From: Eubacteriales bacterium
GTDB taxonomy: Bacteria; Bacillota; Clostridia; Christensenellales; Aristaeellaceae
Assembly: GCA_028705775.1 (NCBI GenBank)
Contig: JAQWCW010000003.1
Location: forward strand, 14,239-78,238
Direction: 5' to 3'
DNA length: 64,000 nt
Below, piece by piece: positions 23,212-30,929 of this stretch. Below the pieces are notes generated by a model. The model was not told where the DNA came from. It searched no databases and saw only the letters and a program-made list of their open reading frames with translations. The stretch's first letter is position 1. The number at the start of each line of letters is the position of its first letter. A program made the position numbers and the translations under genes.

Positions 23212-23685
23212 TTGGATAAGCTTGAAATTTCAAGCCCCGCTTTTCAAAACGAGGGGCAGATTCCGATTAAGCACACGGGCTTCGGGGAGGATTTATCGCC
23301 GGAGCTTTACATAGGGAACCTGAGCGGGGACGCGGTTTCGCTCGCGGTAGTGATGGAGGATTTGGACGTTCCCTTCCTCAAAAGCTTTCCGCACTGGGTA
23401 ATCTGGAACATACCGCCGCTGGACGCGATTCCGGAGGGGGTTCCGGCAGGGAAAAAGGTTGATTCCCTTGGCGGAGCGGTTCAGGGCGCGGCGTTCGGCA
23501 AGAACTGTTACAGGGGCCCGAAGCAGCCGCCGTTCATAAAAAGCGCCCACAGGTATATGTTTTCCGTCTACGCGCTCGATATAAAGCTAAGCCTGCCGCC
23601 GACGGCGGGCAAGGACGGGCTTATGCGCGCAATGCTTTCCCATATCATTCAGGAAGGCAGCATAACGGGCGTTTACAAGCCCTGA
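23212..23685 (+). CDS. YbhB/YbcL family Raf-kinase-inhibitor-like (PEBP) protein
   Basis: 157 aa. TTG start 10 nt after an AAGGAG RBS. PEBP-like blocks HWVIWNIP and HRYMFSVYALD. Confidence 0.8.
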   Translation: MDKLEISSPAFQNEGQIPIKHTGFGEDLSPELYIGNLSGDAVSLAVVMEDLDVPFLKSFPHWVIWNIPPLDAIPEGVPAGKKVDSLGGAVQGAAFGKNCYRGPKQPPFIKSAHRYMFSVYALDIKLSLPPTAGKDGLMRAMLSHIIQEGSITGVYKP

Positions 23686-23708
23686 AAGCTGCAAAAGAAA
23701 GGCATATT

Positions 23709-24698
23709 ATGAAACCGGTAAAACTGCTGACGATTGCCGCGCTGGTTCTTGCGCTTGCTTTGCCGTGCGCCGCGCTTGCCTCAAACGCAACTGACACCTC
23801 CGCGTGGACGACGGAAACCTCCGATACCGCCTCGCACGCCTATCCGATGGGCAAGGGCGTAATCGAGCTTTTCGATTCATACACCTTTGAAACCGGCGTA
23901 ACGCGCGTAGGCGCGATGGACTATTATCTTTACGACCCGATTAAGCACGGAGCGCCCGCAGACAAGGAGTACCCGCTGATAATGATGCTTCACGGCTCAG
24001 GCAACGGCGGCGATAACGACAAGCTCTGCGGCGCTCTGACGGACTGGATGATTTACGCCTCAAGCGAGTACCAGAGCGCGCTTTCGGGCGCTTACATCCT
24101 GTTCCCCAAGGCGAACGAATATGATACAAGGCGCACAAAAACCGTATGCGATACGGAATATCTTTACAAGGGAACGGGCGACTGGATGACGAGCGCAAAG
24201 ATGACCTCCGTTTACTCGCCTGCCCTTTACGCGCTTGTCCAAAAGCTTAAAGCGGAGTATCCGATTTCAAGCCTTTCGGTTATCGGCAGCTCGGCAGGCG
24301 GCTATATGGCATGGCGCTTTGCAATCGACTATCCCGATTTGTGCGACAAAATCATTCCCGTAGCGCCCGCCTATGCCCCGAGCGAAAAGGAGCTGAAGCT
24401 TCTTGAGGATAACGGCGTCGGGATATGGGTTGTCCACGGCGAAAAGGACGCAAACTGCCCGCTCAAGCTGTTTACGGGCAAAATTGCCGACAGGCTTGAG
24501 CAAATGGAAAACGCGCGCGTGTCAATTCTGGACACGGTGCGCTTCGGGGACAGGCGCATAGTCAGAATAATCGTTGACGGAATGGATATGGGGCAGCATC
24601 TTGCGCAGTTTGCCGTCGGGCAGAATATGATTTATGCAGACGGCTTGCCCTATGACGAGCGCTATCCGGACGGAATTATCGCGTGGCTCGTCGAATAA
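23709..24698 (+). CDS. secreted alpha/beta-hydrolase (esterase/peptidase-like)
   Basis: Signal peptide MKPVKLLTIAALVLALALPCAALA. LHGSGNGG oxyanion-type block. Nucleophile elbow GSSAGG. Confidence 0.7.
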   Translation: MKPVKLLTIAALVLALALPCAALASNATDTSAWTTETSDTASHAYPMGKGVIELFDSYTFETGVTRVGAMDYYLYDPIKHGAPADKEYPLIMMLHGSGNGGDNDKLCGALTDWMIYASSEYQSALSGAYILFPKANEYDTRRTKTVCDTEYLYKGTGDWMTSAKMTSVYSPALYALVQKLKAEYPISSLSVIGSSAGGYMAWRFAIDYPDLCDKIIPVAPAYAPSEKELKLLEDNGVGIWVVHGEKDANCPLKLFTGKIADRLEQMENARVSILDTVRFGDRRIVRIIVDGMDMGQHLAQFAVGQNMIYADGLPYDERYPDGIIAWLVE

Positions 24699-24785
24699 AG
24701 GTGCTTCTGCGCCTGCCCACGCCGCGTTTTGCGCCGCGCAAGCCGGCGCTGTAACGGCTTTTCAGCAAATTTTTGCAGAAATTGA

Positions 24786-24814
24786 TTGCGTGAAAATAAA
24801 ATATCAGTTATAAT
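24786..24814 (+). promoter_or_regulatory. candidate sigma-A promoter ahead of the Hpt/CheB-CheR-kinase operon
   Basis: TTGCGT, 17 nt spacer, TATAAT. This leaves a leader of about 185 nt before the ATG at 25002. Confidence 0.4.
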
Positions 24815-25001
24815 AACTATGGATAAAAAGCGTAATACTGGATTTTTCTTTCCGCACAGGCGGGGAATTTGCCGTTTATATGGCTTTTTCCTCGATTCAG
24901 GGCGGAGTCAGGCGTGTTTCGGACACCGATTTTACGTTTACCAAAGCGCCTGCGTCAAAAGCGCAGGTCACACTTGAATATACGAGAGGAGTTCATTCCC
25001 G

Positions 25002-25382
25002 ATGACGCATGAGCAGCGTAAGGCGCTGGTTCGGATAGACACAGATATATCGGGAGTTGAGCGGCGCTTTTGCGGCGATGACGCGCTGTACATATCGTGC
25101 CTTAGCTTATTCCTCAGCGATTCAACGATGGAGCAGCTTACGAGGGCGCTCAGCCTTCGGCTGTGGGACGACGCGTTTACCGCCGCGCACGCGCTTAAAG
25201 GGCTTGCGGGCAATATGGGCTTCGTTCCGCTGATGCACTCCACGGGGCAGCTGGTCGCCCTGATTCGCGGAGGCAGAACCCTTGAAATCAGCGACGCGCT
25301 TCTGCGCGTCAGAATGGACTACGCGGAAATAACCGATGTAATAAATCAAAACTTCATATGCGCGATTACCGAAGGAGAGTAG
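25002..25382 (+). CDS. stand-alone Hpt domain protein
   Basis: 126 aa. Motif AFTAAHALKGLAGNMG. Paralogue of the 8847-9218 gene. TAG stop. Confidence 0.85.
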   Translation: MTHEQRKALVRIDTDISGVERRFCGDDALYISCLSLFLSDSTMEQLTRALSLRLWDDAFTAAHALKGLAGNMGFVPLMHSTGQLVALIRGGRTLEISDALLRVRMDYAEITDVINQNFICAITEGE

Positions 25383-25387
25383 CGAAA

Positions 25388-28300
25388 ATGAAAAACGATG
25401 GACTAAAGCACGGATATAAATACATTGTCGGAATAGGCGCGTCTGCGGGCGGGCTTGAGGCGCTGCAAAAGCTGCTGAGCGCGCTGCCCTCCAACACGGG
25501 CTTCCCCTTCATCGTGATTCAGCACCTCTCTCCCGATTATAAAAGCCTGCTCGGTGAAATACTGGGCAAGTACACGGATATGCCCGTTATTCAGGCGGAG
25601 GATAACATGACGGTGCTGCCCAACCGCGTGCATATCATTCAGCCGGGAAAGAATATGCGGATAGAAAGCGGAAGGCTCAAGCTGGTTGACCAGATTCCGA
25701 AGGAGCTTAACCTGCCTATCGACATTTTCTTCCGCTCCCTTGCCGAGGACGCGGGCACAAACGCAATCGCAATAGTCCTTTCCGGCACAGGCTCTGACGG
25801 AACGAACGGAATCAAGTCAATCAAGGAAAACGAGGGAATGGTTCTCGTTCAGGATTTGGAAACGGCAAAGTTCGACGGAATGCCGCGCTCCGCTATGCGG
25901 ACGGGGCTTGTTGACGCGCAGCTTTCCCCTGAGGAAATAGCGATAGAGCTTGAGCATATTTCCGGACTTCCGCTTGCGGCGGAGCGCGGCAAAACGCTTC
26001 AGGAGATTGACGCGGAGCTGATGCGAAAGGTTTACGCCGTTCTCAAAAAGGTCAGCAACGTTAATTTCACGCATTATAAGCAGACGACAATCCTGCGCCG
26101 GATGGAGCGCAGAATGATGATAACGCATAAGGAGCAGCTCTCCGACTATGTGGACTACCTGCTCGAATCGCCCGAGGAGGTTCGGGTGCTTTCCAAGGAG
26201 GTTCTGATTGGCGTTACGAGCTTCTTCCGTGACCCTGATTATTTCCAGCTTTTGAAGGACAAGGCGATAACAGATATAGTCAGCCGCTCGCAGGGCGAGG
26301 AGCCGATTCGCGTATGGGTCGCCGGCTGCTCGACGGGCGAGGAGGCGTACTCAATCGCCATCCTTTTCAGCGAGGTAATGGATAGCATGAAGCTCAAGCG
26401 CGAGCTTAAAATCTTCGCTACCGACCTTGACACGGAGGCGATAACGACCGCGAGCAAGGGGCTTTACGGCGACAATATCGTGGACGCGGTTTCCCCCTCG
26501 CGCCTCAGCAAGTATTTCACGCGCAAGAACAACGCATATCTTGTGAACCGCGAAATACGCAAAATGATAGTTTTTTCTCCACACAACGTGTTTCAGGACC
26601 CGCCGTTTGGCAGGCTTGACATGATTTCGTGCCGCAATATGCTCATATATTTCCAGCCCGTCCTGCAAAACGACCTTTTCGCAATTTTCCATCAGGCGCT
26701 CAAGGACGGCGGATACCTGTTCCTAGGCAAGTCCGAGGCAATCGGCTCATACACGGACGCCTTCCCCATCGTCGACGCGGCGACAAAGATTTTCGGGCAT
26801 TGCGCCGACGCGAAAATTGCCGGCTCAAAGAAGGTTCCGTACCTGCAGACGACCTATATGGACGAGGAGCTTTCGGGCGATTCGGGGCTTTCAGCCTTCT
26901 CGCTTCAAATGCGCAGCGAGCGCTCCGCCGAGTCGTCGGCAGTATCAATCGATAACTCAATCCTTGAGCAGTTCCTGCCCGCAACGGTTGTAATAAACGA
27001 GAAAAATGAGCTTATACACACCTACGGCGACACCTCGAACGTAATGCATTTCTCCCTCGGAAGATATTCGAGCAATCTTTTCGATTTGATAACGGAGGCG
27101 CTGAAAATACCCGTTTCCACGCTTCTTAAGGAATCGCGCGACAAGAAGCGAAAGGCGCAGTACAGGGACATCCGCTTTACGGGCGAAAGGGAGAACTCCG
27201 TAATCGACCTTACCGTTGCCCCCGCGAGCCATAATAACAGCGTATCCGAAAACCTGTACGCAATCGTGTTTGCGCAGACGCGGCAGGATAAAGCCGATAC
27301 GGACTCCGTTGTGTACGACGTCGACAGGGTTTCCTCGCAGCGCATAACGGATTTGGAGCAGGAGCTGGTTGAAAAGCAGACGAAGCTTGACCAGAGCGTA
27401 TCCGAGCAGGAAACGGTTAACGAGGAATTGCAGGCGGCGAACGAGGAGCTGCTTACCGCAAACGAGGAGCTGCAAAGCTCCAATGAGGAGCTGCAATCCG
27501 TAAACGAGGAGCTGTACACGGTCAACTCCGAATATCAGCAGAAGCTGACGGAGCTTTCCGATTTGAACGACGATATCGCAAACTTCCTTTCCTCAACGCT
27601 CACGGGCATAATTTTCGTAGACAACAAGCTCAACATCCGCCGCTATACGGATTATGTAACCTCCGAATTCTCCGTTATGGACCATGATATAGGCCGCTCG
27701 CTCGCCTTTATTTCCTATCATTTCCCTGCGGTTGATATAACGGAAATATGCACGAACGTGCTTAAAACGCTGATTCCCAACGAGCGGGAAATAACGACGA
27801 ACAGCGGCAAATCCTTCTTCATGCGCGTCGCGCCGTACCGCTCGACGGAAAACAAAATTCTCGGCTGCGTAATAACCCTTATGGATATTACGAAGCAGAA
27901 GCAGAATCAGGAAAGCCTGCTCAGCACGGAAAAGCGCCTTTCAATGGCGCAGCAGGCAAGCGACGCAAAGAGCGATTACCTCTCGCGCATCGCCCACGAA
28001 ATCCACTCGCCGATGACCTCGCTTATGGGGCTTGTCAGGAACGCCCGCGCGCTCGCAACCGACGACGCGCAGAAGGCGGAAATCGACAAGATTGCCCAGA
28101 CAATCGACTATATGACCTCAATCGTCACGGATATTTCCGAAGCGTCCGTATGCGAGCGTCTTTCCAAGGAGCAGATTACCGAGCCGTTCGTTTTGCGCGA
28201 TATGCTGGAAAGCGTGAGCGAGGCGGTGCGCCCCAAGCTTGACGAGGCAGGCGTTTCCTATAAGCTGCTGCTTGACGAGGGCTTCAACCCCTCCTATATC

Positions 28301-29086
28301 GGCAGCAGGGCGAAGCTGCAGCAGATTCTGCTCGGCTTCCTCAGCTCCTCCCTCCGCCATACCGAAAAGGGCGACTCGATTACGCTTCGCGTGTTTGAGG
28401 AACTGGGGCGGAGCGAAAAGGCAAAGCTGTGCCTTATCGTTTCCGACACGGGCAGCTATATAAAAAAGGAAAACCTCGACAAGCTTTTCAAGCCGTTTTC
28501 CGATATCGCGGAGGAAAACAGAACGCCGAGCAACGCATGGCTCGGGCTTTCCACCGCGTATAACGAAATCATATCACTGGGCGGCAGCGTAAGCGCAAAA
28601 AGCGAGGAAGGCAAGGGCAGCACCTTTACAATCACCGTGCTTCTGGACAGGCAGACGGAGGCGGACAAGGAGCAGAGGGAGCAGGCGTTCAGCAATAATC
28701 TTTCGGGCAAAAACGTGCTGATTGCCGAGGACAACGCGCTGAACCGCACAATCTTGGGCGCGCTTATCAAAAACGAGGGAATGACCTACGCGGAGGCGCA
28801 GGACGGAGAGGAAGCCGTGAAGAAATTCACGGACGAGCCTGCCGGAACCTTCGACTGCATACTGATGGACATGAGAATGCCGAAGCTTGACGGAATCCGC
28901 GCAACGGCGAAGATTCGCGCAAGCGGCAAGCCGGACGCGAAAACCGTACCGATTATCGGCGTTTCCGCAAACGGCTTTGTGGACGATATAAGAAAAGCGC
29001 AGGACGCGGGAGTCAACGAATACACAACGAAACCGATTTACCGCGAAAATCTGCTTACCGCAATAAGGAAGCTGATTAAGCGCTGA
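25388..29086 (+). CDS. CheB methylesterase-CheR methyltransferase-coiled coil-PAS-HisKA-HATPase-REC hybrid sensor kinase
   Basis: CheB block GASAGGLEALQ..VIQHL..LSGTGSDG. CheR block FFRDPDYF..VWVAGCSTGEEAYS..FATDLD. Heptad segment EELQAANEELLTANEELQSSNEELQSVNEEL. H-box DYLSRIAHEIHSPM. G-box GKGSTFTI. C-terminal REC (LMDMRMPKLDG..TKP). ATG at 25388 follows a GAAGGAGAG RBS. Confidence 0.9.
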   Translation: MKNDGLKHGYKYIVGIGASAGGLEALQKLLSALPSNTGFPFIVIQHLSPDYKSLLGEILGKYTDMPVIQAEDNMTVLPNRVHIIQPGKNMRIESGRLKLVDQIPKELNLPIDIFFRSLAEDAGTNAIAIVLSGTGSDGTNGIKSIKENEGMVLVQDLETAKFDGMPRSAMRTGLVDAQLSPEEIAIELEHISGLPLAAERGKTLQEIDAELMRKVYAVLKKVSNVNFTHYKQTTILRRMERRMMITHKEQLSDYVDYLLESPEEVRVLSKEVLIGVTSFFRDPDYFQLLKDKAITDIVSRSQGEEPIRVWVAGCSTGEEAYSIAILFSEVMDSMKLKRELKIFATDLDTEAITTASKGLYGDNIVDAVSPSRLSKYFTRKNNAYLVNREIRKMIVFSPHNVFQDPPFGRLDMISCRNMLIYFQPVLQNDLFAIFHQALKDGGYLFLGKSEAIGSYTDAFPIVDAATKIFGHCADAKIAGSKKVPYLQTTYMDEELSGDSGLSAFSLQMRSERSAESSAVSIDNSILEQFLPATVVINEKNELIHTYGDTSNVMHFSLGRYSSNLFDLITEALKIPVSTLLKESRDKKRKAQYRDIRFTGERENSVIDLTVAPASHNNSVSENLYAIVFAQTRQDKADTDSVVYDVDRVSSQRITDLEQELVEKQTKLDQSVSEQETVNEELQAANEELLTANEELQSSNEELQSVNEELYTVNSEYQQKLTELSDLNDDIANFLSSTLTGIIFVDNKLNIRRYTDYVTSEFSVMDHDIGRSLAFISYHFPAVDITEICTNVLKTLIPNEREITTNSGKSFFMRVAPYRSTENKILGCVITLMDITKQKQNQESLLSTEKRLSMAQQASDAKSDYLSRIAHEIHSPMTSLMGLVRNARALATDDAQKAEIDKIAQTIDYMTSIVTDISEASVCERLSKEQITEPFVLRDMLESVSEAVRPKLDEAGVSYKLLLDEGFNPSYIGSRAKLQQILLGFLSSSLRHTEKGDSITLRVFEELGRSEKAKLCLIVSDTGSYIKKENLDKLFKPFSDIAEENRTPSNAWLGLSTAYNEIISLGGSVSAKSEEGKGSTFTITVLLDRQTEADKEQREQAFSNNLSGKNVLIAEDNALNRTILGALIKNEGMTYAEAQDGEEAVKKFTDEPAGTFDCILMDMRMPKLDGIRATAKIRASGKPDAKTVPIIGVSANGFVDDIRKAQDAGVNEYTTKPIYRENLLTAIRKLIKR

Positions 29087-29101
29087 TTGGGAGGACGCAG
29101 T

Positions 29102-29461
29102 ATGGACGCAGTAATGCTTGCGGAATACGGAATAGACTACGAGAAGGCGCTTGGCAGCTGCATGGGCAACGAAGCGTTCCTGCGCAAGATTCTGACCATG
29201 TATCTTGACGACGTAAGCTTCGGAACGGCTGAAAGCGCGTTTAAGAAGCGCGACTGCGCCGCGCTGTTTTTAGCCGTGCATGAGCTGAAGGGCGTTGCGG
29301 GCAACGCGGGCTTTGTGGGACTTTACGCCGCGGTTCTGCCGCTTGTTGAGCTTACGCGCTCGGGAAAATGCGACTGGAACAAGGCGACAGAGCTGTTTGA
29401 AAATCTCAAGAAGGCGTACGAGCGCACGATAGCGGGAATACTGCGCTCAATTCCCGAATAA
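29102..29461 (+). CDS. stand-alone Hpt domain protein
   Basis: 119 aa from the ATG at 29102 (GGGAGGA RBS). Motif LFLAVHELKGVAGNAG. Starts 16 nt after the kinase stop. Confidence 0.8.
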   Translation: MDAVMLAEYGIDYEKALGSCMGNEAFLRKILTMYLDDVSFGTAESAFKKRDCAALFLAVHELKGVAGNAGFVGLYAAVLPLVELTRSGKCDWNKATELFENLKKAYERTIAGILRSIPE

Positions 29462-29549
29462 CAATATCAGCAAATAAACAGGCAGCTATAAAGCAGAAAA
29501 ACTGAATATCTCTTTTACCGCCCGACCGACAAGGCACACAGGAGGAAAA

Positions 29550-30929
29550 ATGAATATCAAAAAATTGTCCCTGCTCGCGCTTATCGCGGCGCTTATTCTG
29601 GCAATCTCAGGCTGCACGGGAAACGTACCGAAAGCTCCGGAAGTAACCGCCGAGCCGATTACGATTACCGTTGCGGGCGGCTGGGAGGATTGCCGCGCAA
29701 TCGACGAGGTGGCGCGCAAGTTTACCGAAAAGTATCCGAACTGCACGGTGCGCTATGAGTACCTTCAGGATTACAACAACTCGCTTGTAAAGCGCATGAC
29801 GGGCGACAGCCCTGTCGACGTGTTCTTTACGTCGAATATTCAGGCGGATTCGCCGCTTCTTCCGTATGCGCTCAACCTCAACGGGCGGGAGGATTTGAAT
29901 CTTACAGACGTGTTTTACGGGCTGACGCAGAATTTCACCTTCCGCGAGAACGGCGAAATATCCGATAGGCTTTACGCAGTGCCGGTCGGCGCGGATATGC
30001 GCGGGCTTTTCGTCAATAAAACGCTGCTTGCCTCGCTCGGGCTTACCGTTCCTGCCAATAAGGCGTCGCTGCTTAACGCCTGCAAGGTTCTCAAGGAAAA
30101 CGGCTATATGCCGCTGCAGGGCAATCCCAATGATTTTTAGCAGACGCTGCTTTATCCGTGGGTCTGCAATATCATCGTCAACTCGCCAAAGGAGGCGGGC
30201 GTGCGCGAGGCGGTCGAAAAGCGCTCAGCCGGCATAAGCGAGCTTTTCCGCGAGCCGTTTGAGCTTATGTACACGATTGTCGAAAACGATTATTACAACT
30301 ATAAGCACGAGCAGGACGTAAACGGGCTGTTCGTTGACAGCGCCGATATTGATTACGCCCGCTATTTCCTCAACATAAAGAAAACGGACAGCGGCTATGA
30401 AAAGGCGGACGATGTCGGCGTTATCGCCTTCATGCCCTCCCCGATGTCGCGCACAAGCGTAATGGAAAAAGCGCGCGAGGACTACCACAGCAATATTGAA
30501 TATGTGTTCATTGCCGCGCCTGTCAGCGACGAGGGCGGCTTTGCATACCTTTCCCCCGGTCACGGGCTTGCAATCAACAAGGAGTCCCCGAACGTCGATT
30601 GGGGCGTCCGCTTCATGGATTTCCTCTTTCAGCCGGAAAACAGCGAGCTTTTCGCAAGCGAGTTCCACACAATCCCGAACACGAAGAACGCGGTTTCCTA
30701 CATCCGCAAGCTTTTCGACGTTCCGGACAACCGCATTTCCGAGCTGGGTCAGGTTACGTTCGGCTATGATTTCTACAAGCCAATCACCACAACCCTGCGC
30801 GATATTTCAAAGGGCAACAACCCGAAATATATGCAGACAGCCGAGGACGGCTCCGTATCCCTCTACCCGCTTGACTACTACATGAATCAGCTAGAGGAAA
30901 GTTTGAAATCAGATGAGCAACAGCAGTAA
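29550..30929 (+). pseudogene. ABC-type extracellular solute-binding lipoprotein (family 1) interrupted by a single in-frame TAG at 30138-30140
   Basis: Lipobox LILAISGC. ORFs 29550-30140 and 30201-30929 share one frame. The 20 codons between them are open (QTLLYPWVCNIIVNSPKEAG). No other disruption. Confidence 0.8.
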
